Assembly: GCA_040285825.1 (NCBI GenBank)
Contig: JAUPSS010000009.1
Coordinates: forward strand, 186,001-250,000
Reading direction: 5' to 3'
Length of the DNA stretch: 64,000 bases
From: Eukaryota sp. TZLM1-RC
Lineage: Eukaryota > Protista > Metamonada: BaSk clade
A program made the position numbers and the translations under genes. The first letter of the stretch is position 1. Every line of letters starts with the position of its first letter. The notes beneath the pieces are model-generated. The model was not told the DNA's origin. It was given only the letters and a program-made list of their open reading frames with translations, and did not search any database. Of the stretch, positions 20,722 through 32,635 are shown in pieces.

Positions 20722-23718
20722 ATGACCTCTGCAGATGAATTATCTGATGCTTCCCTGTCCCCACTTTCTTCTTTTAATGAAGGGCGATATATGCAAAATT
20801 ACTCAAAGGAAATTATTGATACAGTACTTGATAGGCTACTGTTACTTCAAAAACATTACTTACTTGATCCTGATGACCCCAAAGACATCACCAAGATCTT
20901 GTTTGGTGAACGACATCGTGTCCTTATATATTTACATGGACTAGACCTAAATGACATTAAAATCTTTTCACGAGAACAAAAATGGACTCTGGACGAGGTT
21001 CGTTCTATAGTTGTACATTGCCTAAGTTTTCTTCATTCCCGCAACCTGATTGTGTCCTTAGACGATAATGCAGCAGTCTTTACCCCTTCTCTCTTTCCCC
21101 CAGAAATAAAGTATATATACAGCTTGGTAGAGAAAGCTATTGTCACTCTTAGGGCCTCTTCATTGGCTTATATGCTCAAAGACAAGCACAAACTCACCTA
21201 CATAATGAGGTTAGCCCCAAACAGTTCAAAGAAAAAACCTTATGAAGAAATGTTTAAAGAGGTTGGTATTGATCCAAATGTGATTTTTGTTTTGAAAATT
21301 AAGCGTTTTTGCCCCAGAATTTGCTATAGAATGATTAATACCGTGTGTCATGAGTTGGAAATTACTGCATCTTCCATTACTTGTAGTTCTAGAGGTGAAA
21401 ATGATGAAGATTTACCCTTAACTCAATTAATCTCCACTCCTCATTCAATTACAGCTAAGGATTGTTGGAGTCAATTGTCAAGTGAGGTGCAATGTTTTGT
21501 AGAAGAAAAGAAGCAAGATTCTAGTAGTGATGACTTTGAGGTTGACTTTGATGGGGGAGTTTCTGACTCTCAGGATGATGTCAACGGCAACTTGCTTGAT
21601 GGTGATTCTCACGTGATTGATGTTAAGGGTCAGCGTTCTGAAATGGTATTTAAAGGTGAAGAGAGTTTGGTTGGCCTTGAGCAATCATTAGATGATTTGA
21701 TTGATGATCACAGTAGTTCAGCACTTTTGGGAACAACAACGGCAACCAATCAATCAAAGCAAGAGGTTGACAGTTTAAAAGAACAAAGTTATCAATCAGA
21801 ATCAGAAATTGATAGTCCAGAGCCAATCAATCAATCAAATCAGGATGTTGACATTTTAAAAGAACAAAGTTATCAATCAGAATCAGAAATTGATAGTGTA
21901 GAGCCAATCAATCAATCAAATCAGGATGTTGACATTTTAAAAGAACAAAGTTATCAATCAGAATCAGAAATTGATAGTCCAGAGCCAATCAATCAATCAA
22001 AGCAAGAGGTTGACAGTTTAAAAGAACAAAGTTCTCAATCAAAATCAGAAATTGATAGTCCAGAGCCAATCAATCAATCAAATCAGGAGGTTGACATTTT
22101 AAAAGAACAAAGTTATCAATCAGAATCAGAAATTGATAGTCCAGAGCCAATCAATCAATCAAATCAGGAGGTTGACATTTTAAAAGAACAAAGTTATCAA
22201 TCAGAATCAGAAATTGATAGTCCAGAGCCAATCAATCAATCAAATCAGGAGGTTGACATTTTAAAAGAACAAAGTTATCAATCAGAATCAGAAATTAATA
22301 GTCCAGAGCCAATCAATCAATCAAATCAGGATGTTGACATTTTAAAAGAACAAAGTTATCAATCAGAATCAGAAATTGATAGTCCAGAGCCAATCAATCA
22401 ATCAAAGCAAGAGGTTGACAGTTTAAAAGAACAAAGTTCTCAATCAAAATCAGAAATTGATAGTCCAGAGCCAATCAATCAATCAAATCAGGAGGTTGAC
22501 ATTTTAAAAGAACAAAGTTATCAATCAGAATCAGAAATTGATAGTCCAGAGCCAATCAATCAATCAAATCAGGAGGTTGACATTTTAAAAGAACAAAGTT
22601 ATCAATCAGAATCAGAAATTGATAGTCCAGAGCCAATCAATCAATCAAATCAGGAGGTTGACATTTTAAAAGAACAAAGTTATCAATCAAAATCAGAAGT
22701 TGATAGTCCAGAGCCAATCAATCAATCAAATCAGGATGTTGACATTTTAAAAGAACAAAGTTCGTCTGGTTATGATTCTGGTTATGATTCTGGTTATGAT
22801 TCTGGTTATGATTCTGGTTATGATTCTTATAGTGGAACTTCACCCAGTCCTTATTCAAGTGACCATGACTTTTCACAAAGTCCAAGATCAAGGTTAATCA
22901 AATCTAGACTATCTGAGACCTCTCAACAATTTCCATCATCAACACAATCAAAAATGATTGATGATTCTCAACCTGATTGCATTCTCTCGTCTTCTTATAG
23001 TTACTATTCCTCCTATAATGATTATTCATATGAATATTACGATTCGTATGACTCTGAGACAAATTCAACCTCTCCTAGTTGCCAAATCATTTCTCCATTG
23101 GCATCACCATCACCCATCTTTGAACCAAAATCTCCTTTCGTTGAAGAGACAAAAGTTGGAGGCAATTCTGTTAGAGAGGTAAAGGAAAAATCTGTTGCTC
23201 CCAAAAAAGATAAAAAGAAGAAGAACATGAATAGAGAACTTGCTGCATTGTCATTTAATTCTGAAGAACTGAGTATTAGTGTACCTGAACAAATATCTAC
23301 AAGAAAGCCTCAAAGACGTACAACCAGAGCTCTAGTTAAAAAAGAATTAAACAAAAATGGTTCAAATTTAAGTGAAAAAAGGAAATTAGCAAAGAAGTCA
23401 ACCATGAAACAGGAATTAGCTTCTCTTTCTTACGAACCTAGATGTCGAAAAAGGTCTTCAAGTTCGACAAAGTCAAATAACCAAGGTAAGGAAATCAAAC
23501 CTAGAAAGAGACTAAAATCTAATCAAAATGGTTCCTCCACCAATGCAATCCTCGGAGATAATTATAACAATGAGGACAGAAGAAGATTAGTGCAGACTAA
23601 AATAGGTGATCATTTTAGGAGAAAGTCTAACCTTTCTGTTTATGAGAAAATTCATTTGGAATTAGCTAGTAGGGGGGTGTCTGTGGAACCTTTGATGAAG
23701 TGTAAAAGAGAATCTTGA
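20722..23718 (+). CDS. Hypothetical low-complexity protein with 27-aa tandem repeats and basic C-terminus
   Basis: Long uninterrupted ORF; first ATG at 20722; acidic repeats, (SGYD)5 and Lys/Arg-rich NLS-like tail. Confidence 0.75.
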   Translation: MTSADELSDASLSPLSSFNEGRYMQNYSKEIIDTVLDRLLLLQKHYLLDPDDPKDITKILFGERHRVLIYLHGLDLNDIKIFSREQKWTLDEVRSIVVHCLSFLHSRNLIVSLDDNAAVFTPSLFPPEIKYIYSLVEKAIVTLRASSLAYMLKDKHKLTYIMRLAPNSSKKKPYEEMFKEVGIDPNVIFVLKIKRFCPRICYRMINTVCHELEITASSITCSSRGENDEDLPLTQLISTPHSITAKDCWSQLSSEVQCFVEEKKQDSSSDDFEVDFDGGVSDSQDDVNGNLLDGDSHVIDVKGQRSEMVFKGEESLVGLEQSLDDLIDDHSSSALLGTTTATNQSKQEVDSLKEQSYQSESEIDSPEPINQSNQDVDILKEQSYQSESEIDSVEPINQSNQDVDILKEQSYQSESEIDSPEPINQSKQEVDSLKEQSSQSKSEIDSPEPINQSNQEVDILKEQSYQSESEIDSPEPINQSNQEVDILKEQSYQSESEIDSPEPINQSNQEVDILKEQSYQSESEINSPEPINQSNQDVDILKEQSYQSESEIDSPEPINQSKQEVDSLKEQSSQSKSEIDSPEPINQSNQEVDILKEQSYQSESEIDSPEPINQSNQEVDILKEQSYQSESEIDSPEPINQSNQEVDILKEQSYQSKSEVDSPEPINQSNQDVDILKEQSSSGYDSGYDSGYDSGYDSGYDSYSGTSPSPYSSDHDFSQSPRSRLIKSRLSETSQQFPSSTQSKMIDDSQPDCILSSSYSYYSSYNDYSYEYYDSYDSETNSTSPSCQIISPLASPSPIFEPKSPFVEETKVGGNSVREVKEKSVAPKKDKKKKNMNRELAALSFNSEELSISVPEQISTRKPQRRTTRALVKKELNKNGSNLSEKRKLAKKSTMKQELASLSYEPRCRKRSSSSTKSNNQGKEIKPRKRLKSNQNGSSTNAILGDNYNNEDRRRLVQTKIGDHFRRKSNLSVYEKIHLELASRGVSVEPLMKCKRES
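21748..22761 (+). repeat. 81-bp coding minisatellite, ~12.5 copies
   Basis: Unit encodes NQS(N/K)Q(E/D)VD(I/S)LKEQS(Y/S)QS(E/K)SEIDSPEPI. Confidence 0.97.
22765..22827 (+). repeat. 12-bp coding repeat (TCTGGTTATGAT)x5
   Basis: Direct reading; encodes SGYD. Confidence 0.95.
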
Positions 23719-24086
23719 ATTTTTTTTTTCATTGTTTTTCTTTATTTTCATTGTTTTTCTTTATTTTCAATGTTTTTTTCTTTTTTTTGTTGTACATATT
23801 CACTTATTCCCGAACCAAAATAAATCAATAACAACCAATCAAAAATAAGTATCTAGTCATTTTATATATTTCATATAATATTTACTACCTAGTTCTTTTC
23901 CTTGTCCTGCTTTTCTCTGATTTTTTTGATGATTCCAACCAGTTTTATTGAATTAATCAATAATCTTAATGAATGTTTGATAATTGAATTAAAATGGAAA
24001 TCTTTGAAAAATATTCCCGATCTATTCCCGATCTATTGTATCATGTATTCGCATTGTGTATGTTTGTCATCAACAAACATATTTAG

Positions 24087-24151
24087 TAGTTAAATAGTTA
24101 ATTTAATAGTTAAATAGTTAATTTAATAGTTAAATAGTTAATTTAATAGTT
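24087..24151. repeat. 20-bp intergenic tandem repeat x3
   Basis: TAGTTAAATAGTTAATTTAA repeated three times. Confidence 0.9.
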
Positions 24152-25788
24152 GACAAACTGTCGTCAATCCTTACCTTTCAACGTTAATCAATAGTCTCAG
24201 AAATAAGGTTGGAGAATTTTTGGGCGCGAGTCTGAACAATACCACCTGGTGTGGAGCAAACATTACACCGCTTGCATTCAATTGATACAATATCACATTC
24301 TGTTCAATAGATTAGACTAAATTCTATTGTTGTGCTTTTCATATAGCTACTCATATGGTTTTCTCTGTCGTGGAGAATCCAATAATTGACTTATAATAAA
24401 TAATAATAAATAATTGATAATACTCACAAAATCCAAACGCACGACGAATTGAATTTTTTGTTCAATTATTTCAACCTTTATTAAACTTACACACTTGACA
24501 AAATTAACTCATAACTAATGGGACGAAATTCATTGAACCAAAATTTCCTCTGCAAAATCTTGATCTGCTTGCTGTCTAGATAAGGCTTCTCTAATTGGAT
24601 TGAAAAACCGAGGTAATCTATCAATAATGGCAAATTGAATTCGAGAGCGCCACAAAAGGATATCAAATCTTTTCATTGTTTTTCCTTGAACCATTTTTTG
24701 GAAATTATTGAAAAGAGTTATTGCATCATGTAATGAAGAACGATAAGTTATCAATTTCCAACAATTCAGAGCTCGACGCAAAATTTTATTAATGAATGTT
24801 GAATCTGAAAAGGAATTTAAATTTGGTTTAAATATGCTGCTACGTGTTGATGGCTTTCAAACGTCAATTAAAATTGCTTTTAGTGTACCCATAGATGGAG
24901 GTTATGGTAATAATTGGAGTGATGCGTTTTTGAAAACTTATTCTGATAAAATTGCTAAGTGTTCAATTTGAAAAGAATTAAATTTAATTAACCAAATTGT
25001 TCCTCTCGTTTTTTGTGTTCATGGGGGTTTTTACACTAAAACAAAAATACTGTTTGACCAATTTGGATGGAATGAGGTAGCAGTTGAAATTAGTTGTATC
25101 ATTTTGAAGAATAGCTTTAAATGCCACAGTGCTTTTAATTATATACTTCAAAAGATAAGAGAAGATCGTCAGTGATGGTGGTACTGCTATTTTAGTTTTC
25201 AAATAGTTTCTCCTCAATTGTTTTTGAAAACAACAACCACAAAACCAGTCACTATCTTACGCATTACAACACAACAACATGTTATAGAGCATGATTCATC
25301 AGCAACTTTGTTTAAACAAAAGCAGGTGACATAATTCAAGAAATAATTGTCCTCGCCTAATAATTAAGTTATACAGCTTAATTTTTAGTGAACTAAAATA
25401 GTATAATAAAATATTATTTAAAAAGGCAGCAAAGACGGGATTATTAATAAAATAGTATTTATTTAATGGTCAGGGATCGTAACGGACTAACATAGTGTTG
25501 TGATGTCTTTGATTCCTTTTGTTTGACAACCAGTTGCATTACCAAAGTTTATCATTGTTTTATCGTAATAATGTTGTAATTTAAGATCTCTCATTTCAAA
25601 AAGATGAACAATTTGAGATTGTGTCATTTGTTAAAACATGTATTAACAGAAACCTATAGAGAGGCTATTCAATATCATAAGTCAGAGTAATGTTGAAATC
25701 TTAGCTTAAATCATAGTTTTATTTAATAATCCCCACATTTAATCAGACACGCTATCAACACTTACACAAGAAAAAACAAAAAACCCGC

Positions 25789-27036
25789 CTACCTACACTT
25801 TCGCTCAACTATAGTGGTGCCATGTTCTTGAAATTCTTGCTTTGAGATCCAAAGCTGATGGAAGGTATGCATACTGCCCAAGATTGAACCTCCAATCCAA
25901 CTGGTATAAGGTCTATCGAAATCTTCAAGAAAAGAAGTATTTTTCAGTCCCAAATGCTCCACTTCTAGCCCAAATCTCCTTGTAAAACCTCTCATCATGG
26001 ACGAACCCCCCGTCAGTATTATATTATTAGAAACACTTTTTCTGGTATCAGGGTCACATGAAGACAAGCAATGTCTAATAATATCCTGAATAGGTGCAAC
26101 AGAATTTAAATCACATTGGGGATTTACCTGTTGATAAAGGTAATCTTTAATAGTATTACTGAAAAATAATTCTGGAATATTAACTGAACAGGGTCCCATC
26201 TCAAGTAATTGGCCATCGGGAAGAACATAAGTGTGCAACGGGTTCGTGGACTTTGATGGCTGGTCAATAAAAGTCTCATTGACTAGGAAACAGCAAGACT
26301 TAATCTCTTGGAGTAGTAAATGGCGATGAAAATTTTCAAAGGAAGGTGAAATTCCATCAAGACCTAAATCAGATACTTGATATTGACCTGATGACGTGAT
26401 TTTCTTTGAAATTCTATAAAAAGGTTTTAGATTAAGCCGATGACTGACAAAGCTATCAAGGAGCTGAGAAAACATTGTGCCCCCTAATGGAGATCTTGCT
26501 ATGCACTTTTGAACGACTGATCCATCAAGGATAGGTGTAACAGACGTTCCACAAGATCCTATATCAACAACCAAACCAGAAGTCTTTCCATTGGCAAAAG
26601 CAGCCAGGACTGAGGTTTTGGCAAAATAAACTGCTGGAACATTAAAAGAATCAAACAGTAATTGACAGAGACGTTCTCTGTGGGAAATAGAGTTGTGGGA
26701 AGGTTCGGCGATGATAAGAGGTGATTCTTCAGGTATAATGCCAAGGTAGTTGAATATATACTTCCAATTCTGTTCAAGGCCCTCCCAATCGGCTATCAGC
26801 CCGGTGTGATCGAATGGAGAGCGTATTTCTGTATGGGGAAGACGAGTAGATAGAGTCAACTCACTGTTTATATAGGAGGAAGGGGTTGGTGAATTTTCGG
26901 AGAGACGTACACCATAAGCAGAAGGGGCAACGTAACGAGGAGCTTCATCTCCGGCATATCCAACTCTTGTAGTACAAACTCCAGCATCAATTACCACAGA
27001 GTGTATGTCAGTAGTGTGAAGCTTTGTATCAGCCAT
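25789..27036 (-). CDS. ARP4: Nuclear actin-related protein ARP4/BAF53
   Basis: VVIDAG..RVGYAGDEAPR, LAAFANGKTSGLVVDIG, WIGGSILGSMHTFHQLWISKQEF...ERKC. Confidence 0.85.
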   Translation of the reverse strand: MADTKLHTTDIHSVVIDAGVCTTRVGYAGDEAPRYVAPSAYGVRLSENSPTPSSYINSELTLSTRLPHTEIRSPFDHTGLIADWEGLEQNWKYIFNYLGIIPEESPLIIAEPSHNSISHRERLCQLLFDSFNVPAVYFAKTSVLAAFANGKTSGLVVDIGSCGTSVTPILDGSVVQKCIARSPLGGTMFSQLLDSFVSHRLNLKPFYRISKKITSSGQYQVSDLGLDGISPSFENFHRHLLLQEIKSCCFLVNETFIDQPSKSTNPLHTYVLPDGQLLEMGPCSVNIPELFFSNTIKDYLYQQVNPQCDLNSVAPIQDIIRHCLSSCDPDTRKSVSNNIILTGGSSMMRGFTRRFGLEVEHLGLKNTSFLEDFDRPYTSWIGGSILGSMHTFHQLWISKQEFQEHGTTIVERKCR

Positions 27037-27210
27037 GAAGGTATGTTCTAGTTTAGCAAGTCCAAAATGTAATGTGTGTTTGTGTTTAGTTTTATTGATT
27101 CTTTATCAATACTAAAAAGGTCTTCAAGGAACCTTCCGTTTTAGTGAAGCCTGTTCCCAACCCTTTACATTTCTTCTATCCCTTGAACTTTCTATCAAAC
27201 CATTTACCTG

Positions 27211-30200
27211 ATGGATGTTTCTAAAGTGTATGGTCTGGATTCCACCAAAAATCTAGAATTCAGTACCGACTCCATCATTTATGCAGCAGGCAATGTTATC
27301 ACTGTTGTCAATCCTGAGGAGGACTCTCAAAACTTTCTCACAGCATACCATAATGATTCATTTATCTCTTGTTATACAGTCTCTACAAACAAACGATATG
27401 CTGCTGTTGCTGAGTTCAATGGAGAACGATCTTCCCTTAGCATTTGGGATCTTTTCAACTTAAAACGCAAGAAGTTCTTCACGGTTCCGGAACTTGTACA
27501 TGGCAAGGTAATCTCCATGGCTTTCTCTCCTGACTGCAGGGTGCTTATCACCCTCTCTTCTGCCCCTGATCACCTCATTTGCTACATACCTTGGGAAAAG
27601 GGAAAGGTATCTGCATCCTTGAAGAATGTCGTCTCTCAAAACACTTCACTTTCACATCTTGCCATCTCCCCCACCAATGCTGACGGCTCCCTCTTCCTCG
27701 TCTGTGGCAATGGTCTCTTTCGCATACTTCGCTATGCCCCCGGTGAACTCTCTCTTCGTCTTGCCCATGGTGGTTTGGTCGGGTTGAAGAAGGAGCATCA
27801 TGGTTTTACCTGTGCAGAATGGGTGAATGATGACGTCATCATTGTTGGAACCAAGTTGGGAGAGCTTCACTTATTGGAAAAGGGTCAATATGTCCAATCA
27901 CTTACCGATGCCCCTTTGGATGGGAAACCAATTGTTAGGATCATGACTTGCTCTAAGGGGTTTTTAACTGTTTCCTATTCTGGAATGTATATTTTTGAAC
28001 TTGTCGACAATCAACCAACCTTGATTAGAACGGGAGCTATGAATAATTCCATTCAACAGTTTGCTCTTTCTCCTTCCGAAGAATCTTTTGCAGTCATCAA
28101 CAACACATCACAAATTCCTTTACTCTACAGGTTCTCATCAGAAGAATTAATTTCTGAGGAAAATGGGTTATTGTTATGGAAGTTCTCGAACGGCTTATCT
28201 TCAATGTTGCTAGGATTGAATGACTTATACTCTGAAGCTATTGTTACTTTTAGTTTTCACCCTTCTTTTACTTATATAGCAGTCTCTTTGTTTAGTAAGT
28301 TGGTGATTTTGTTGATAACGTTTGAAGGTTTCATTGAAGTTCATGAGTTTGGGAACTTGGCAAATTCAAGTAGTGTCGAATGGTCAAAAGATGGGTCATT
28401 ATTAGCAGTAGCTCACAAATGCCACGTCAGCATTCTTTCCTTTTCAAGTGCCACGTCACCTTTTCCTGAGAAGCACGTGTCCAAATCTCTACCTTCTCCT
28501 CATTTAATTACCAGTATAAGGGCTCACTCCACTAGTGAAGTCTGTAGTTTAAGCTTTAATTCTTGCTCTAATAGTGTTGTTGCTGGTTGTCGTGATGGTG
28601 CAGTTGTTTCCTTGGAATTCAACGGAATTGAGTTAATTAAGAAGAAAATGTTTGTCTCTGAAAATTGCGAATTAATCGCAATTGAACAATACGACGACTG
28701 TGTCTTTGTACTGTCAAAGGATGGAGTCTTGAAAAGTCTTTTGGATTTTGATCTACATCACGAGATTGAGCTTTCAGTGATCCCTACTTGTATGTGTCTC
28801 GTGTCACCACCAAGTCACTCGAATTATTTGGCAATTGGATCAGATGATGGATCAGTTACCTTTGTTTCAATACCTTTAGGTCCTGCATCTCAGATTTTGA
28901 CACACAATACCCATTCTCAATCAGTTTTTTCACTCATTTATGATTGTTTTGATCACAAATTAATATCAAGTTCTCTTGATGGCTCTGTATTTGAATACAA
29001 ATTTAAAAAATCTTTTGAGAATCAGTCGCTTTTAGCTGGATGTGTGATAGTCCCATGTACCTTACTAAACCAGTCAAGTAAACAAGTTTGTGAATTAATA
29101 AGTGAGATTGATTCAATTCAACAGAATCATCTATTTGAAACTACATTAAGAAATGAAGGCTTCAACGTCAAGCTGAGAGAAAAAGAGGAAGAATTAAGTG
29201 AAGAATTGGCAAGTGAAGAACGCAAATTCAATGATTTGGAGGCGACTCAATTAGAACTAAATAAGGAACATAACAACCAAGTCAATAAGCTCAAACTGCT
29301 TCACAACCAAACCGTTAACCAAATGAAGGAAGCATTTGATGCCAGGGCTATTCATGACCAAAATTTGGAAGAAGAATTAATTAAATCAATTGGGGAAATC
29401 AAGGACCATCATGATGAAAGGGTTAAGGTCTTAAAGGAGGAGCATAGGAGTAAATTAACTAGCTTATTTTCGGAATTTTTAATGAGGAAAGAGGAAGATG
29501 AATTAGTAATGGAAAACATGAAAAAAACCCTCCAGGAATTGGTTGGTAAACACGACACTGATTACAGTTTGATTGAAAAGAAGATTGAAAAAGAAAGCAT
29601 GGACTTAGTCAAGGAGTTTCAATCGAAAATTGTTCAAGAAAAATCAATGGTTGAGGCTCTCGTCAAGGAAAATGAAGCATTAAAAGCCGAATATAGTAAA
29701 GTTGAGCAGGATCTGTTGGCCAAAAGGGACGAAGTTGAGAGTCTTCACGAAGAACAAGAAAAACATTTGGCTGAAATTGAAAAAATCAACAAGGAGAAGG
29801 CTTCCTTGGCTAGAGAAATAAGGGAACGAAACTCAACCATTGAGGAAAAAGAACTTCGCGCATTGGAGCTTAAAAAGAAGAACCAAGAATTAGGCAAGTT
29901 TAGATTTGTCTTAAACTTTAAAATAGACGAGTTAGTTCAAGAGCTTGAGCCCTACGAAGCTCAGGTTATGGAATGTAGGGAACAGATTAAGCACATGGAG
30001 GATGAGCTCCATGACCACAGTCAACGATTAGCTGAACTGAAGTCTGTTAACCAAGACCTGCAAATGAGGATTTCAGCCACTAAAAGTGCGATTAATGATC
30101 ATTTAGAAAAGAAATCAGTATTAGAAGAGTTGATTAATGTTTTGGATGCAGATTTAAAGGTCATCATCAACAATCTCGACAATCCAAAAAAGACGAAACA

Positions 30201-30624
30201 ATCAATCCTATCCCTCTACAGATACTATGTAACTCAAGAAAGTGCCATTCCTGGGGTAAAGGTAACTTCGGTTTTGGCAAATTCGTCAAGTTTTAATCTT
30301 CACCGCCATTTGCACCAAACTCAACGTACGTGTACTACTCTTGGTAACATGTCTAACAAAACACAGACAAAATTTCAAAAAGACCGAGCTAGATTACTCC
30401 ATGAGAATACAGTACTCACTGAATGTCTCAATGAACTTCGTAGGGAGTTCATTTCTTTTGGTGTTTCCAATAGTGCAAAGAGTGCTCCTTCAAGTGACCA
30501 GTTAACAAGGGAAATTGAAATGCAATCAGTAACTATTAAAAGATTAGAAAAAAGATTGGCTGAGGTAGAAAACCAAAGGCCTAGGTCGAGGTCAAAGTTA
30601 CCACCTTTAAGTTCGCCTGTTTGA
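27211..30624 (+). CDS. CFAP57: Cilia- and flagella-associated protein 57 (WDR65)
   Basis: WD40 N-terminal half plus coiled coil containing LKKKNQELGKFRFVLNFKIDEL..ELEP. Confidence 0.85.
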   Translation: MDVSKVYGLDSTKNLEFSTDSIIYAAGNVITVVNPEEDSQNFLTAYHNDSFISCYTVSTNKRYAAVAEFNGERSSLSIWDLFNLKRKKFFTVPELVHGKVISMAFSPDCRVLITLSSAPDHLICYIPWEKGKVSASLKNVVSQNTSLSHLAISPTNADGSLFLVCGNGLFRILRYAPGELSLRLAHGGLVGLKKEHHGFTCAEWVNDDVIIVGTKLGELHLLEKGQYVQSLTDAPLDGKPIVRIMTCSKGFLTVSYSGMYIFELVDNQPTLIRTGAMNNSIQQFALSPSEESFAVINNTSQIPLLYRFSSEELISEENGLLLWKFSNGLSSMLLGLNDLYSEAIVTFSFHPSFTYIAVSLFSKLVILLITFEGFIEVHEFGNLANSSSVEWSKDGSLLAVAHKCHVSILSFSSATSPFPEKHVSKSLPSPHLITSIRAHSTSEVCSLSFNSCSNSVVAGCRDGAVVSLEFNGIELIKKKMFVSENCELIAIEQYDDCVFVLSKDGVLKSLLDFDLHHEIELSVIPTCMCLVSPPSHSNYLAIGSDDGSVTFVSIPLGPASQILTHNTHSQSVFSLIYDCFDHKLISSSLDGSVFEYKFKKSFENQSLLAGCVIVPCTLLNQSSKQVCELISEIDSIQQNHLFETTLRNEGFNVKLREKEEELSEELASEERKFNDLEATQLELNKEHNNQVNKLKLLHNQTVNQMKEAFDARAIHDQNLEEELIKSIGEIKDHHDERVKVLKEEHRSKLTSLFSEFLMRKEEDELVMENMKKTLQELVGKHDTDYSLIEKKIEKESMDLVKEFQSKIVQEKSMVEALVKENEALKAEYSKVEQDLLAKRDEVESLHEEQEKHLAEIEKINKEKASLAREIRERNSTIEEKELRALELKKKNQELGKFRFVLNFKIDELVQELEPYEAQVMECREQIKHMEDELHDHSQRLAELKSVNQDLQMRISATKSAINDHLEKKSVLEELINVLDADLKVIINNLDNPKKTKQSILSLYRYYVTQESAIPGVKVTSVLANSSSFNLHRHLHQTQRTCTTLGNMSNKTQTKFQKDRARLLHENTVLTECLNELRREFISFGVSNSAKSAPSSDQLTREIEMQSVTIKRLEKRLAEVENQRPRSRSKLPPLSSPV

Positions 30625-30959
30625 GTCTGTTTGAGTGTTTTTTTTTATTTAATTTACAGTGATTATTTTTTGCTTGATAATTCTATTAATTTTATGAATT
30701 TTTATTGTATTCTATTGTAAAATATTATCATTATTAATGTATTTATAATAAATTAATTTTTTTTATTGCTTTTCCATTGTCAACTTTTACAAGAAACTGT
30801 GATACATTTTTACCTCGGTTTGAACCACTAAAAAATTCTAAATTTTTAATTAATAAAAATATTAATATATTCTGTTTAAAAAGACGCAATGTGACTAAGA
30901 TCAACATTCCCGTCTTTGCTGACTTCTTGTCAGAAATTAAAAATTACCCTAGTTCTATT

Positions 30960-31720
30960 TTTCAGTAACCAAGGTCATTTGGTCTTCACCTAACAAATGA
31001 AGCTTGGAAACAAATTATGTGATCGAGATTAGGGTAGTCTTATCCAAGTAGTCTTTTGGATAATTCTGCTTATCTTTGCAACGAAAAACCGTTTGCCAAT
31101 TTCCGTCATATTGTGAGTTGTAAGGAGTTTTTCCAATATAGGTCAGTTCTTCATAATGTTGTTCGCTATGTGACCTATGAAATGTTTAAGTGTTACAATT
31201 TTTGTTGCTAAGTAGAACCCTTGTTGAAGCATTATAGCGATAATAATTTGTTTGATTCTCGTCGTGGTGATTTAATTGCTCCTTTTGTGGATTCCTCTCA
31301 AGTTGTTGTTTTTTTACTACTGTTGATCTCTTTGCTTCAATTTACCGTGATGATGTCTTAGTTTGTTCTAGTGGGCTTTTGGACAAGACTTACATTCGTA
31401 AACGAAACAAATATGCTGTGTTATTGAATGATTTAAATGGGAACCTTTACTCGAAGTTTTCGTTTGTTCCTTTTGCATTTTCGATTTTTGGTAATAGTGG
31501 TCAGTCTGGTTTGAATTGTCTCAATGATTTTGATATTCTTTGTCGTTCAAGTGGTAAGAATTTTGCTGGGCATGATTGGAAGAATTGTGCCATTTTTGCT
31601 TTGTACAGCAATGTTTTCAAGTATTTAAATTTCATGATGTCTATGCTTTCCAAGGATTCTTCAAGAGTTGATGTGGAGAATTTTGTTTCTTTTGTGTTTT
31701 AGTTGGTTTTTTTTGTTTTG
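30960..31720 (+). mobile_element. 3' remnant of an RLE-type (CRE/R2-like) non-LTR retrotransposon
   Basis: Decayed frame: C...HIVSC...LHNVVR...EPLL...RRGDLIAP...KRNKY...FVPFAFSIFG, with stops and frameshifts. Confidence 0.7.
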
Positions 31721-32119
31721 TGTTTACGTGGAAAATAAATGTAATGATAATAAATATGTTAATAGATTATGTTCATGTAATTAGTCAAAATCTTGGTAAG
31801 TTTTACTTCAATTTTGAAAAGCGCTCCTATTTTTTATTGAGTTTTGAAAGTGCGGAAATTACGATTCACTCAAATAGGAAGGTGCTTTTAATTGAATTGG
31901 TGCTAAATCAAGTTGGTATTCCATCATGAAATTAAAATATAAAGCATCATGTTATAATGCTAAATTGAATCATTTTTTACGTAGCTCCCACCTCCTCCCA
32001 TAAACAACCAGTTGAAAGAGCGACACGAGATCCCCCTTTTTTCTGAAGTAGATGTTGTCAAAAGAACAGGCGGGCCCGATACCACCTCTTTTTTTGACCC
32101 AAATCTGGTTAAAGAGGAA

Positions 32120-32635
32120 GCGAGAACGGACCCAGCTCCCTCTCTTCACAGATCATAAAAACATTGCATTCCTGGCTACAGTCCCAGAGAAAAATACAAT
32201 TGTAAAGAGATGGCTGCCGGAACTATCTGAATTCGACTTTGACATTGTCCATGAATTAAGTGAGAACAACCGCTGAGCAGACATGCTATGAGAGATGTCG
32301 ATCTTGATCAAGACGAAAAAGCTCCATCAATTTGTAGCATAATTATACCAAAAGTTTTGCTCTTTGGCTTAAACGTAGTAATAGAATTAGGATGCGTAGC
32401 TAATTCTTGGTATATTTAGAAGTACGCCTGTTTTGAAGATATTGATTTTTAGACTGTAGTTTTAAAGATAAATGGTATTTTTAAATGATTATAGTTATTT
32501 AGTTATAGTTTAGTTTCATATTTATATCAGCTGATTTGTTTTGAAAAAGAAAAGAAGAAGTGTTGGCGCCCTTAGGATTATACAATATGAATAAAACAAT
32601 CAACTTTTTCTTAACATCTTGACTTGAGGTTACGG
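32120..32635 (+). mobile_element. Heavily deleted derivative of the 79-bp-LTR Ty3/Gypsy family
   Basis: Gag repeat (RTDPAP-type DNA) joined to an RNase H piece FTDHKNIAFLAT..., then the ORF tail, 3' UTR, PPT and an LTR starting TGTTGGCGCCC at 32561. Confidence 0.85.

Noticed and set aside
21748-22761. Possible CRISPR-like array
   Set aside because: No unique spacers; whole 81-bp units repeat in frame within an ORF.
24400-25000. Coding-like fragments here and at ~32700-34300, possibly TE relics
   Set aside because: No diagnostic motif or terminal repeat could be identified by eye.
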